Shown here: positions 20,212 to 30,616 of the stretch, piece after piece
Layout: every line of letters starts with the position of its first letter
Position numbering within the stretch: the stretch's first letter is position 1
Assembly (NCBI GenBank): GCA_050331735.1
Contig: JBHJGN010000008.1
Coordinates: forward strand, 25,297-89,296
Origin: Cyanophyceae cyanobacterium
GTDB lineage: Bacteria > Cyanobacteriota > Cyanobacteriia > Cyanobacteriales > JBHJGN01
DNA length: 64,000 bases
Direction: 5' to 3'
Translations under genes and position numbers: made by a program
Notes under the pieces: model-generated
Told to the model about the DNA's origin: nothing
What the model saw: the letters and a program-made list of their open reading frames with translations, nothing else
Databases searched by the model: none

Positions 20212-21318
20212 ATGAATAAGAAAGTCGTTGATAGCACTGAGATGGGAAAACGGAAACGGATTGGAATTTTGACCAGTGGTGGTGACTGTGCTGGCTTAAA
20301 CGCCGTCATTCGGGCAGTGGCTCACTGCGCGATGGGAAATTACGGCTGGGAAGTGCTGGGAATTTGTCAGGCAACGCTCGGATTGATGCATCGCCCTCCA
20401 AAAGTAATGCGGTTCGATCTCGACAAAATTGACTCCTTGCTGACTATGGGAGGGACGGTATTAGGAACCACGAACAAAGGCAACCCCTTTGCTTACCCAA
20501 TGCCTGACGGCAGTTTACGCGATCGCTCTGAAGAAATTATTGAAGGCTACCGCCACATCGGCTTAGATGCGCTGATTGGCATCGGCGGCGACGGCAGCTT
20601 GGCAATCTTGCGGCGGCTTGCTCAACAGGGCAGTATTAACTTAGTCGGCATTCCGAAAACTATCGATAACGATGTCGGCATTACCGAACGCTCCATTGGC
20701 TTTGATACTGCTGTCAATACCGCCACAGAAGCGTTAGATCGCCTCCACTTTACCGCAGCCAGTCATAATCGCGTGATGATTTTAGAAGTCATGGGGCGCG
20801 ATGCGGGACATATTGCTCTCAATGCTGGCATTGCCGGAGGCGCCCATATTATTCTCATTCCCGAAATTTCTTACAAAATTGAGAATGTTTGCCGACAAAT
20901 TCAAAAACGCCAGGTGTTAGGACAGCATTTTTCCATTGCGATCGTCTCAGAAGCCGTTTGTACCGAATCCGGCGAACAACTAAAGCTCGGCTGCGAAAGC
21001 GATCGCCTCGGCGGGATTGGACAGCACTTAGCCCAGCAAATCGAAACCCACACCGGAGCAGAAACCAGAGTGACTACCCTAGGACATATTCAGCGCGGCG
21101 GCATTCCCTCTCCCCTCGATCGCACCCTAGGCTCGGCCTTTGGAGTCGCAGCGGTGGAGCTGATTAATCAAGGAAAATACGACCAGATGGTAACGTGGCA
21201 AAATCGCCAAGTTGTGAGTGTTCCTATTTTAGAAGCGATTAAAGATTACCGAGCCGTCGATCCGCAAGGAACATTGGTGAAAACAGCCAGAGGATTAGGT
21301 ATTTGCCTAGGTGACTAA
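20212..21318 (+). CDS. pfkA: 6-phosphofructokinase
   Basis: TSGGDCAGLN, GGDGS, PKTIDND, EVMGR, LGHIQRGG. Confidence 0.96.
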   Translation: MNKKVVDSTEMGKRKRIGILTSGGDCAGLNAVIRAVAHCAMGNYGWEVLGICQATLGLMHRPPKVMRFDLDKIDSLLTMGGTVLGTTNKGNPFAYPMPDGSLRDRSEEIIEGYRHIGLDALIGIGGDGSLAILRRLAQQGSINLVGIPKTIDNDVGITERSIGFDTAVNTATEALDRLHFTAASHNRVMILEVMGRDAGHIALNAGIAGGAHIILIPEISYKIENVCRQIQKRQVLGQHFSIAIVSEAVCTESGEQLKLGCESDRLGGIGQHLAQQIETHTGAETRVTTLGHIQRGGIPSPLDRTLGSAFGVAAVELINQGKYDQMVTWQNRQVVSVPILEAIKDYRAVDPQGTLVKTARGLGICLGD

Positions 21319-21374
21319 GCTGCACGAGCATGACCTAGAACTAGAAAGAAGATTTTCTTTGTGTTCCATCAACG

Positions 21375-22145
21375 TTAGGCGAAAGTAGAACCGAGATCGA
21401 GAGGAACATCCTGAAGACGACCAGGACCGACCGCTCGCACGGCTTCAGAGAGATCTACGTCTCCTGTATACAGGGCACGACCAACGATCACTCCAGACAC
21501 TCCGACAGGCTCTAACGACAGCAAGCTCAGCAGATCGGTTAGAGAACTAACGCCACCAGAGGCAATCACGGGAATATCAATCGCTGTAGCTAACTCTCGT
21601 AACGCCTCTAAATTAGGACCAGAGAGCGTTCCGTCCCTCTTGATATCGGTATAAATAATAGCGGCGGCTCCTCGTGCTGCCATATCCTGCGCCAAATCTA
21701 AAGCAGCGACTTGAGCGGTTTCCAACCATCCTTTGGTGGCTACCTGACCGTCTCTGGCATCAATACCCACAACGATCCGTCCCGGAAACTCGGCACTAAG
21801 CTGCTGGACGAGCTGCGGCTGTTCAACGGCTACCGTCCCCACAATCACTTGCTCAACCCCAAGATCGAGTAACTGAGCGATAGACGAGCGATCGCGCAAT
21901 CCTCCACCGACCTGCACAGGCACAGGCACTGCCTGTACAATCGCCTCAATCGTTTCCCCATTAACAGGCTGACCCTGTTTAGCGCCATCTAAATCGACGA
22001 CGTGCAGCCGCGTTGCTCCTTGTTCGACCCATCTGCTCGCCACGGCAACGGGGTCGTCGTCAAAGATCTGCGAGCGCTCGTAATCTCCCTGATACAGCCG
22101 CACACATTTTCCCTCAAGCAAATCTATCGCTGGAATCACTTCCAT
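21375..22145 (-). CDS. hisA: Phosphoribosylformimino-5-aminoimidazole carboxamide ribotide isomerase
   Basis: [33 protein letters not shown]; start placed at MEVIP. Confidence 0.96.
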   Translation of the reverse strand: MEVIPAIDLLEGKCVRLYQGDYERSQIFDDDPVAVASRWVEQGATRLHVVDLDGAKQGQPVNGETIEAIVQAVPVPVQVGGGLRDRSSIAQLLDLGVEQVIVGTVAVEQPQLVQQLSAEFPGRIVVGIDARDGQVATKGWLETAQVAALDLAQDMAARGAAAIIYTDIKRDGTLSGPNLEALRELATAIDIPVIASGGVSSLTDLLSLLSLEPVGVSGVIVGRALYTGDVDLSEAVRAVGPGRLQDVPLDLGSTFA

Positions 22146-22236
22146 GACCAGTGTCCTCACTTAATGTCCCAAGTCTTTAATCATATTGAAATTTGTTCAT
22201 GGTTAATAGTTGATAGTTAATTGTTCCTATCAACCA

Positions 22237-22715
22237 TTAACCCCTCTCCCTTTCCCCCTTCCCCTTTTCCCGTCCCACCAGGGACATTTCCCCTTCCCCT
22301 CGACTGGGTTGTTGAGACAGCAAAGTAAAGCTCACAGTGGTTCCCTGACCCATTCCTAAACTTTTAAGTTCGATGTGGCCTCCCATTAGCTCTACTAATC
22401 GCTTGCAGGTCGTTAAGCCTAACCCAGTGCCGCCGTAGCGCCGCCTCACAGAACCGTCGGCTTGCACAAACGCGTCAAATAACTTGTCATGCTTACCTGG
22501 CTCAATTCCTATCCCCGTATCCGAGACGGAAACTTCGATCCAGGAAACCGAGGGTTCGGAGCCAGGAATTTGAACAGCTTTAATCCGCACCTCACCGCTA
22601 TGAGTAAACTTAAAAGCATTAGAAAGCAGGTTTGTCAACACTTGCCGGAGCTTTGTTTCATCGGCTCAGACTGTATCGACGTCCGACTCCACAATCAGAG
22701 CCACTCCTTTCTTGT
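22237..22715 (-). pseudogene. Histidine kinase HATPase_c remnant
   Basis: NLLSNAFKFT, DTGIG, GGTGLGL; in-frame TGA at 22666-22668; no HisKA or sensor domain; 3' end reads through a repeat tract. Confidence 0.8.
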
Positions 22716-22825
22716 TCGGATGTCGGGTAAAACCTAAATCTGTAAGCACGTGCCTGCTTCGCAGGAGCTTCGCTAACAACCATGCTCACATTTTACCTCG
22801 TTATTTGTAAACACACAATTGGAGG

Positions 22826-22879
22826 CTGGCATTCCTCCCGCCATCAAGCTTTTAGCTTTGGTGGCGGGAGGAATGCCAG
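22826..22879. repeat. Long near-perfect palindrome (REP-like or terminator)
   Basis: CTGGCATTCCTCCCGCCA...TGGCGGGAGGAATGCCAG, 18-bp perfect outer stem. Confidence 0.8.
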
Positions 22880-22921
22880 AAAACAGATGAACGTCTTGGG
22901 AGAAGACAAAGAGGTCTGCTT

Positions 22922-23278
22922 TCAACCGTCAAGACGCGCTCCATCGCTCTTTTTTTTGCGTCCATACTGAATGCCCCACTGATGCATGGCATCAAGGATG
23001 GGCTGTAAACTTTTGCCGAGGGGCGTGAGGGAATATTCTACTTTGGGGGGAACTTGCGGATAGACTTCTCGATGAATAATGCCGTCTGCTTCTAATTCTC
23101 GAAGCTGCTGGGTTAGCATCTTTTGCGTCACGCCGTGTACAGCGCGTTGCAGTTGACCAAACCGCTTCACTCCCTCCAGCAATTCCCGCAGAATCAATAC
23201 TTTCCACCGCCCTCCAATCACGGCTAACGTATTTTCTACAGGGCAGCTCGCTTTGGGAATAATTTCTTTAGCTTCCAC
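22922..23278 (-). CDS. HxlR-family winged-helix regulator
   Basis: [27 protein letters not shown]; divergent from pirin. Confidence 0.93.
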   Translation of the reverse strand: MEAKEIIPKASCPVENTLAVIGGRWKVLILRELLEGVKRFGQLQRAVHGVTQKMLTQQLRELEADGIIHREVYPQVPPKVEYSLTPLGKSLQPILDAMHQWGIQYGRKKKSDGARLDG

Positions 23279-23436
23279 AGTAACTTTTTGGTAAGTGGCT
23301 TACTTTAAAGTGCATTCTTTACATCATAACGGTAGATTAGATAAAGTTTAAATAGATAGAAAACAGCTCAAAAAGCTAGTAATAAAAAATGCTTTTGACT
23401 GTTTATTTCTCTTCAACCTATCTACTAAAAGCAACC

Positions 23437-24135
23437 ATGATTACTCTTCGTAAAGCGCAAGAGCGCGGACATGCCGACCACGGCTGGCTCAATACTTATC
23501 ATACATTTTCGTTTGCTAACTACTACGATCCTGAGTATTTAGGTTTCAGAAGCCTGCGGGTGATCAATGAAGATCGCGTCACTCCTGGTGCTGGCTTTGG
23601 AACCCACGGTCACCGAGACATGGAAATTATTACCTACGTGCTGGAAGGAGCGTTAGCCCATAAAGACAGCATCGGCAATGGTTCTGTGATTAAGCCGGGT
23701 GACGTCCAGCGCATGAGTGCAGGAACCGGAATTTTGCATAGTGAGTTCAACCATTCTGCGACAGAACCCGTTCATTTTCTGCAAATCTGGCTACTGCCCA
23801 ACCAAAGAGGCATCCCGGCTAGTTACGAACAGCATAACTTTGGGTTGGCCAAAGAGCCTGGTCAACTGCGGCTCGTCGCTGCCCCAGACGGTAGAGAGGG
23901 AGCGCTGACCATTCATCAGGATGCTAGCATCTATGCGGCGGTGTTGAATGAGAGCGATCGCCTTTCCTACTCCCTCAATCCTCAACGTCACGCCTGGATA
24001 CAGGTCGCTAGAGGAGCGGTAACCCTCAACGATGTTGCTCTTAGCCAAGGTGATGGAGCTGCGGTCAGTCATGAGACTGAGTTGGCGATCGCCGCCACGG
24101 CAGACGCAGAGATCCTGTTGTTCGATCTAGCCTAA
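23437..24135 (+). CDS. Pirin-family protein
   Basis: [29 protein letters not shown]; start placed at MITLR. Confidence 0.93.
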   Translation: MITLRKAQERGHADHGWLNTYHTFSFANYYDPEYLGFRSLRVINEDRVTPGAGFGTHGHRDMEIITYVLEGALAHKDSIGNGSVIKPGDVQRMSAGTGILHSEFNHSATEPVHFLQIWLLPNQRGIPASYEQHNFGLAKEPGQLRLVAAPDGREGALTIHQDASIYAAVLNESDRLSYSLNPQRHAWIQVARGAVTLNDVALSQGDGAAVSHETELAIAATADAEILLFDLA

Positions 24136-24158
24136 ACCCATTCCTTGTCTCGTTAAAT

Positions 24159-24185
24159 AAAAGGAAGGCACGTTGCCTTCCTTTT
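24159..24185. terminator. Bidirectional intrinsic terminator
   Basis: AAAAGGAAGGCA-cgt-TGCCTTCCTTTT between convergent genes. Confidence 0.8.
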
Positions 24186-24200
24186 CAAGTCTTCTACCAA

Positions 24201-25646
24201 TTAATTTGCCTCTGAGAGAGGACTCTTGTCTGGATCTGAAGTTGCTGAATTTTCACTCATTTTGTCTTCGATTGACTTAGGAAGGACGAGATTTAAGAGC
24301 AAAGCGCAGAGAGACCCGACAGAGATGCCTGACTCCAAAATGCTCCGAATCTGCTCAGGAAATCCTGCTAACGCATCTGGAATAAACGTTACACCTAGCC
24401 CGGCTGCTAACGATGCGCCAACGATTACGAGGGATCTATTTGTCATTTCGATTTCTCGAAGGATATTAAATCCGGCAACAGCCACTGTCCCAAACATTAG
24501 TAGGATTGCGGCTCCAAATACAGGAGCTGGAATGGCTGTGAGAACGCCTCCAACAATGGGAAACAATCCCAAAAATGCCAAGATTCCTGCTACATAGAAG
24601 CCGATATAGCGACTGCCTACTCCGGTAAGCTGAATAATGCCGTTGTTTTGCGATAGCGTCACCGTTGGGAGAGTACTACAGCAGGAGGCGATGAATGAAT
24701 TAAATCCATCTCCAAGTAGCCCGCCCTTAAGTCGTCTGATGTATCTAGAACCTTTAATCGGTTCTCCAGTCACCATTGAGGTTGCTGTGATATCACCAAC
24801 AACCTCTAATGAGGTAGCGAAATAGATAATAGCAAAGGGAATAAAGGCAGCAAGGTTAAAATCTAAACCGAACCGGAATGGGATGGGAATATTAAACAGA
24901 GGAATGCTTCCCAGTTGGCTAAAGTCTGTCATGCCCATCAAGGCGGCAATAATGGCTCCTACCAGCAGTCCAATAATAACTGAACCCATTCTCAAAAAAC
25001 GATTTGAATTAGCGCTACAGATAGCGACAGTCAGAAATACGGGAAAGGAAACAGCCCAGTACTTTAGGCTACCGTAGTCACCAGCTTCTTGTGCCACATC
25101 TCCCCCAGCCATATCGTGCATTCCAAATCTAATTAGAGTCAAACCGATCAGGGTTACTGCTGTTCCAGTGACAATGGGGGGGAAAATAACTTGAGCAAAC
25201 TGCAAAAATCGACTCAGGATAATCTGAATAAATGAGCCAAAAAAGCCCAAGCCCAGAATAAGAGCGAGGGTTTCTTCTGGTGTTCTTCCTGCCGCACTAG
25301 CTGTAGCAATGACGCTGAAAATAGGAGGCAGAAAGGCAAAGCTTGGACCTTGAATACTGAGCAAGCCTGAGCCAATTGGACCAATTCGTCTTGCTTGAAC
25401 GAAAGTGGCAAATCCAGCAACAAATAGAGTCATGCCAATAATGTAGCTAATGCTAGCAGCATCTAAATTTAGTGCTCGACCAATTAAAATTGCTGGAGTT
25501 ACGCTAGGCACAAAAATAACACAAACATGCTGTAAAGCGACAAGAATTGCAGTTTGAAAAGGAGGATTATCCTCTAGTCCAAAAATTAAGGCACTACGAT
25601 TCTCGCTGTCAGTTTCGGACGATGGGACAACTTCTACACCAGTCAT
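24201..25646 (-). CDS. NCS2-family xanthine/uracil permease
   Basis: ALQH, GPSFAF, EVVGD, NAT signature QNNGIIQLTGVGSR. Confidence 0.93.
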   Translation of the reverse strand: MTGVEVVPSSETDSENRSALIFGLEDNPPFQTAILVALQHVCVIFVPSVTPAILIGRALNLDAASISYIIGMTLFVAGFATFVQARRIGPIGSGLLSIQGPSFAFLPPIFSVIATASAAGRTPEETLALILGLGFFGSFIQIILSRFLQFAQVIFPPIVTGTAVTLIGLTLIRFGMHDMAGGDVAQEAGDYGSLKYWAVSFPVFLTVAICSANSNRFLRMGSVIIGLLVGAIIAALMGMTDFSQLGSIPLFNIPIPFRFGLDFNLAAFIPFAIIYFATSLEVVGDITATSMVTGEPIKGSRYIRRLKGGLLGDGFNSFIASCCSTLPTVTLSQNNGIIQLTGVGSRYIGFYVAGILAFLGLFPIVGGVLTAIPAPVFGAAILLMFGTVAVAGFNILREIEMTNRSLVIVGASLAAGLGVTFIPDALAGFPEQIRSILESGISVGSLCALLLNLVLPKSIEDKMSENSATSDPDKSPLSEAN

Positions 25647-25786
25647 AAACCATTCTCCTTTTTGAGAAAATTTACAGATTTTGTAAAACTTAGACTGACA
25701 AAAAACGCTGTAAAAGACTATTCTCAGCTAGCTTTTAGGCTTCTCCAAAGAGTGTTGTCATTAAAACTCATTGAATTAAATGTTTT

Positions 25787-25802
25787 TGTACTTCTTACTA
25801 CA
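25787..25802. promoter_or_regulatory. Putative NtcA box upstream of the nucleobase permease
   Basis: TGTA-cttcttac-TACA matches TGTA-N8-TACA; no canonical -10 at the 22-nt spacing. Confidence 0.5.
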
Positions 25803-26073
25803 TTCAAACACAAGATTTTTCTTAAACTTTTTTAAACTCTAGTACTCGTTGCTTAAACCTTGCCACAGCCGTCGTGTTGCAATCGTCCCTCACTCCTTGA
25901 ATCTATATCCAGGTTGGGTTTTGAACGATAGAGGCGATCGCAGAACGATGTCAAAAGAACTGCCCTGCGAGTTAATGTTTTGCCTGCGATCTGGGTAATC
26001 TTTATTTAGGAGAACCCCGCAGCGTTCGGCTGCATGGGTTCAATCTGTCCATACTCGCTCGCGTTGAGACGAT

Positions 26074-27558
26074 ATGCCTCTTGACTCAAAACCCGATCCT
26101 AATTTTGAAGACCTATTAGGATATCGGGACGGGACAACCATAACGGATTCCAATGCTGATGAAGGTCTGCTAGACCCAGAGGACTTTGATGAAGCTGAAT
26201 CTGACCACCTCCAGCGTAGTCAATCCTGGGCGAATAATCCTTTCGCCAAATTAGGCACCATTGCCGGAGCTACTGCCGTGATATTCATTCTGTTGGGCGT
26301 TGTTTTAACCAGTATTTTTGACAACGGCAACCAGCCTGTGGAGCAACCCATTGTAGGCGTACCGGACACCTCAGAAGAACTAGAGGAGTCAGATGAGCTT
26401 TCTTCTGAAGAGGGTAGACTAAAAACCGCCTTAGCGCTTAGTCGTCAAGCCGAGCAGCTAGAGGATATCGAAATTCTAGAGACTGAATCGGAAGCAGAGG
26501 CGCAGCCCCCCTCAGAATTACCCACGCCACAGCCGCGACCAGTCCCAACCATCCAGCGACCCACGCCGCGACCCGCGCCGCGACCAGCACCACAGCCGGT
26601 CCGCCGCGTAGAACCCCGTATTGAAGTCAGACCGCAGCCGCGTCCTCGGGTTGAGTCAAGAGCGAGTACTCCACAGTCGCGCCCTGCCCCAGCATCTCAA
26701 CCAGCAGCGACGGCTCCTACCCCTGCCCCGACTGTCGATCCGGCAGCCGAATGGCAGCGTCTTGCTCAACTCGGCAGCTACGGACAAGGGGCTTTAGCCT
26801 CGAACTCGACTCGTCCGCAGCGAACGACATCGAGGAGCAGTACCACCCAACCAAGACGAGCTGAGTCGGCTTCAGCCGCCCAACGAAATGCCCGTCAGGA
26901 AGCCCCCATTTTAACCGGACGACCAAATCGGGCGATTCCCCCTGGTACAACGACATCGGGAGTCCTAGAAACTCCGGTGGTTTGGGAAGGACCAGCTCAG
27001 CAACAGGACAAATTTGTGGTTCGCTTGGATCGTCCCGTAATGGCGGACAATGGAGAACGAGCTTTCCCCAGCGGCACTCAACTGCTCGCAACCGTTTCCT
27101 CCGTCTCTAATAGCGGACTGGTTCAGATGTCGGTTACTCAAGCACTAGTGGAGCAGAACGGGCAACAAACAGCAGTCAGTTTGCCCCCAGGAGCCATCCA
27201 GATTCGCGGACAAAGCGGCGCTCCTCTCATTGCCGAGAAGTTTTTCGATCCTGGTCCGAGCGTTGCTGCCCTGGATACGGGCCTCGCCATTTTGTCGGGC
27301 ATTGGTCGTGCTGCCGAACTGATTAACCGTCCCGAGAGAGACATCATCATTACTGACGACGGTATTGTATCTGACTCCGATAATCGCGACCCCGATATTT
27401 TGGCTGGCATGATCGAAGGCGGTGCCAATGTTCTGATCCCAGAAATTGCCGCTCGTAACCGTCGGGCTGTTAACGAAGCCTTGAGCCGAGACAGTCTGTG
27501 GACGATTGAAGCTGGCACTCCCGTTGAGGTATTTGTCAATCAGAAGATTCGGCTATGA
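26074..27558 (+). CDS. TrbI/VirB10-like protein
   Basis: N-terminal TM helix, Pro-rich linker, C-terminal beta domain (IPPGT...GVLETP, IEAGTPVEVFVN). Confidence 0.75.
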   Translation: MPLDSKPDPNFEDLLGYRDGTTITDSNADEGLLDPEDFDEAESDHLQRSQSWANNPFAKLGTIAGATAVIFILLGVVLTSIFDNGNQPVEQPIVGVPDTSEELEESDELSSEEGRLKTALALSRQAEQLEDIEILETESEAEAQPPSELPTPQPRPVPTIQRPTPRPAPRPAPQPVRRVEPRIEVRPQPRPRVESRASTPQSRPAPASQPAATAPTPAPTVDPAAEWQRLAQLGSYGQGALASNSTRPQRTTSRSSTTQPRRAESASAAQRNARQEAPILTGRPNRAIPPGTTTSGVLETPVVWEGPAQQQDKFVVRLDRPVMADNGERAFPSGTQLLATVSSVSNSGLVQMSVTQALVEQNGQQTAVSLPPGAIQIRGQSGAPLIAEKFFDPGPSVAALDTGLAILSGIGRAAELINRPERDIIITDDGIVSDSDNRDPDILAGMIEGGANVLIPEIAARNRRAVNEALSRDSLWTIEAGTPVEVFVNQKIRL

Positions 27559-28301
27559 AATGCTTATTTGTGCTAGCAGCAGTTAGTACTCTCCAGTTTG
27601 CTGAGCCTGTTTTGGCTCAGCAGCAAACTCGCTCAGTCTCTCTCGCTCGTCTCCGAGATGGCGAAGTGACCACGGTGACGGTTCATGAAGGCTATGGTTT
27701 TAATATCAACTTTATCCCTACAGGAGAAATCATTCGGCGCGTTTGGCTCGATGACCCTTCGAGAGTCACCGTTGATTTTGATGGCGATTTAAACTCCACT
27801 GGCGCTCAGGTGATCCACCTAAAACGAATCGAACCGCTGACCTTTCGCAATCTGCCCCAAACTCCAGCTACGCTGCTATCGGTCGTCACCGAAACGAGAG
27901 CCGGACAAAGAAACCTCTACCAGTTCCGCCTCACCTATGGGTCTGGAATTCCAGAATATTCCGCGCTCACGCTCTACCCCGAATCTCGCAGTACGCCGCT
28001 GATTGATGTCGGGATGCTCGGCATTCAGGCCACTTTAGAAGATGTCGCTACTGGCCGAAGGATTGTCCAAGAACAAGGACTACTGAAGCGCTCAGATCCT
28101 CTCTGGGATCGCATCCAGGAATTTATCACCCTCGCCCGCAACGGCGAGTCGATTGTTGATGCTGCCGAACGCGCTGGCGTGTCGATGGCAATTGTCAGAA
28201 AGCTTGCCCACAATGGCTTAGAACAGCGCCTCTCTCAGCAATACCGTCCTCTAGACCCCGATCCGGCAACGAGTAATGTGGAGCCCTCAAGCGAGAATTA
28301 G
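27555..28301 (+). CDS. Exported conjugation-associated protein, possibly VirB9-like
   Basis: Signal peptide; GYGFNINFIPTGEIIRRVWLDDPS resembles cyanobacterial conjugative-locus proteins; ATGA overlap with the virB10-like gene. Confidence 0.6.
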   Translation: MKCLFVLAAVSTLQFAEPVLAQQQTRSVSLARLRDGEVTTVTVHEGYGFNINFIPTGEIIRRVWLDDPSRVTVDFDGDLNSTGAQVIHLKRIEPLTFRNLPQTPATLLSVVTETRAGQRNLYQFRLTYGSGIPEYSALTLYPESRSTPLIDVGMLGIQATLEDVATGRRIVQEQGLLKRSDPLWDRIQEFITLARNGESIVDAAERAGVSMAIVRKLAHNGLEQRLSQQYRPLDPDPATSNVEPSSEN

Positions 28302-29547
28302 AATCATTGGCCTGTTTTTATGTTCCTGCCTGTGCATCATTGGCATTGCTTATGCAACCCAGGTCAAAGCTGGAGTCGATCCGGCGAGAAGACAGACCTG
28401 TGCCGTTAGTACTCCCGCAGGCAGTTTCGAGATCCCAGATATTAGCCAGTGGTCAGCGGAGGATTTTGGGGAGTTTGCCGAAGCCGTCGCGATTGAGGAA
28501 GCATCAGCAACGGCCAAACAGCAGCTCGGTTTTGACCCGGCTGGCGTGTATCATTCATTTAAAGAGCTTAAGCTCGGGTTTCTGTCTTCTTTAGGGGTTG
28601 AGCAGGCAAGTCTGAGGGGAATTGGCGATCGCACCGGGCTTCCGGTAGAGTCTCAGAGTCTTGAAGCTTCTGGAGAATTAATCAAAAAGCAAACCCTGGA
28701 GAGTCTTGCCGATAGAGATTCCGGGGCCATTCTAGGTTTAGCAGATATCCCCGTTCAAGATGTTCTGCCAATTGCGGATTTTCTCTCCCAAGCAGGAATT
28801 AGCTTTTCCTCCAGCACGACGATCCAGGATGTGATCGATGGGGGGTTTGGAGCTTTGAGCTTAGAATCAATTTCTCTAGCCGGGTACAGCATCGGCGACC
28901 TTCCTGGCTTAGCAGAGACGGCCCTCGGCTACTTCCAAAATTACCAGGATGTCCCCATTAGCGAGATTACCAATCTCTCGGAACTGCGCTTGGGAGATTA
29001 TCCCTACGGAGATCTGTTGCAGCTCAACGGCGTTATTTCGCGAGCAGATTTAGTGTTTGGCGAAGCCGAAAATCAAATTGTCGATCGAGTGGTTTCTGGT
29101 AGCGTCACTGGACGAGATGGGATTGATTTATCAGCGGTTCCCTGCGACGGCTCTGGCTGTCATCACGTTGAATTGGGCGACTTGTTCGACTTAGAGCTGC
29201 CAGAACTGAGTGTAGACTGTGGAGGATTGAACGTCAGTACTCCATTCCAAAGTTGGTTAGGCGATCGCTGGATCGGCAAAAATCAGCTAGTCACTGGAGG
29301 AGTGCCGCCCTACTGCCTGCTTCCCATCGTTCAAGAACCAACCGGGCGACCGTTTGTCGGAGACTTCAAAATGGTGCTGGTTTCCTTTGACGAAGCCGCC
29401 GCTCAAGCGAACGTCATGCTGTACATGCGGTTTTGCTGTCGGGGACTAGTCGATTTAGGCTGTACGCCCTACTTTATTCCCACAGGCATTACCTGGCCAA
29501 TTACAGAAGAAGGCATTATTTTCTTGGGTCCAGGTGGAAAAGGTTAA
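28276..29547 (+). CDS. Exported conjugation-associated protein with Cys-rich C-terminus
   Basis: Signal peptide; EPTGRPF...FK...RFC...LGCTPYFI; overlaps the previous gene. Confidence 0.55.
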   Translation: MWSPQARIRIIGLFLCSCLCIIGIAYATQVKAGVDPARRQTCAVSTPAGSFEIPDISQWSAEDFGEFAEAVAIEEASATAKQQLGFDPAGVYHSFKELKLGFLSSLGVEQASLRGIGDRTGLPVESQSLEASGELIKKQTLESLADRDSGAILGLADIPVQDVLPIADFLSQAGISFSSSTTIQDVIDGGFGALSLESISLAGYSIGDLPGLAETALGYFQNYQDVPISEITNLSELRLGDYPYGDLLQLNGVISRADLVFGEAENQIVDRVVSGSVTGRDGIDLSAVPCDGSGCHHVELGDLFDLELPELSVDCGGLNVSTPFQSWLGDRWIGKNQLVTGGVPPYCLLPIVQEPTGRPFVGDFKMVLVSFDEAAAQANVMLYMRFCCRGLVDLGCTPYFIPTGITWPITEEGIIFLGPGGKG

Positions 29548-29591
29548 CACAGTGATGTCATTGAACTTATTTGCCAGTTTCACTTGTCCAA

Positions 29592-29864
29592 TTACGGGGG
29601 CGATCGCAGCAAGCCCACTACTACATTCAACAGCCCATCCAAAAATCGTTTCCCAAAAACCGCTGATAGCGCTCCACAAACTATGGGCGCTAATGCAAAC
29701 ATTTCGATCATGGTTGCGTTCCACTCGATGGGATAAAACATTAAGAACATAGCATAGAAATAAACAAGTGGCAGAACTAAACCACCAAATGCGACCCCGA
29801 TTAAGAAACGATATGCAATCGTAGTCAGGGACTGTTCTTGTTGGCTATTATCTTCACATGGCAT
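29592..29864 (-). CDS. Small membrane protein
   Basis: Two hydrophobic helices. Confidence 0.55.
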   Translation of the reverse strand: MPCEDNSQQEQSLTTIAYRFLIGVAFGGLVLPLVYFYAMFLMFYPIEWNATMIEMFALAPIVCGALSAVFGKRFLDGLLNVVVGLLRSPP

Positions 29865-29932
29865 ATCTAGAAACTTTTAGCAATAGTTCTTAACCCTAAG
29901 CTTGCTTAAAGCGCATAAATAGTATACCAATC

Positions 29933-30463
29933 CTATATCTCGTTAGCGCTGATAGTTCGCCGGATGATCGACAGTGAATGAGTCTTTTGACCGAACTGCC
30001 GGGGTGGTGCTTGGCGGATGACCTCGAAACCCATTCTTTTCCACAAGCGCAACACTTTAATATTCTCCTCGACGACAGACCCCATGATGTACTGTATCCC
30101 GTGTGATGCTACCCAGCGCTCAAGTTCCTGGGCGAGAGGATTGAGTAACCCTTGACCACGATACTCTGGTGCCAGCATAATGAGCCCTATCCACCAAGTT
30201 TCATCATCGGGATAGCCACGAATGGACTCAATCAAACCGATGAGTTCATTCTGAGGAGTGAAGAGGCCAAGCATAAATTTATCGTCTAACCGTTTCCCAT
30301 CCGGCACAGCAAAAAATTCTTCGTGGGCGGCTGTCGGCGAGGGTGGCTGTCCATCAACGAGATACGAGAAATCAGCACACTTTTCATAAAGCTGCTGGAG
30401 ATCATCTGCATCGCTCGGTTTGAGGCTTTTTACCAAGTATCCAGATTTAACGGCAAATTTCAT
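29933..30463 (-). CDS. GNAT-family acetyltransferase
   Basis: WIGLIMLAPEYRGQG motif A and N...LWKRMGF motif B; start placed at MKFAV. Confidence 0.88.
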   Translation of the reverse strand: MKFAVKSGYLVKSLKPSDADDLQQLYEKCADFSYLVDGQPPSPTAAHEEFFAVPDGKRLDDKFMLGLFTPQNELIGLIESIRGYPDDETWWIGLIMLAPEYRGQGLLNPLAQELERWVASHGIQYIMGSVVEENIKVLRLWKRMGFEVIRQAPPRQFGQKTHSLSIIRRTISANEI

Positions 30464-30616
30464 GGCTACTGTCCTGCTAACGCTAGTAATTTTCAAGTTT
30501 TACGGACACTTCTGTTGGGTAAGAGAGCATAGCATCGGAAATTTCCCACTGCCGAAACCCTTCCTATTAACCACATCAAAGCTGTCAACTGTATACTGTC
30601 ATCAAATGACCTACTC

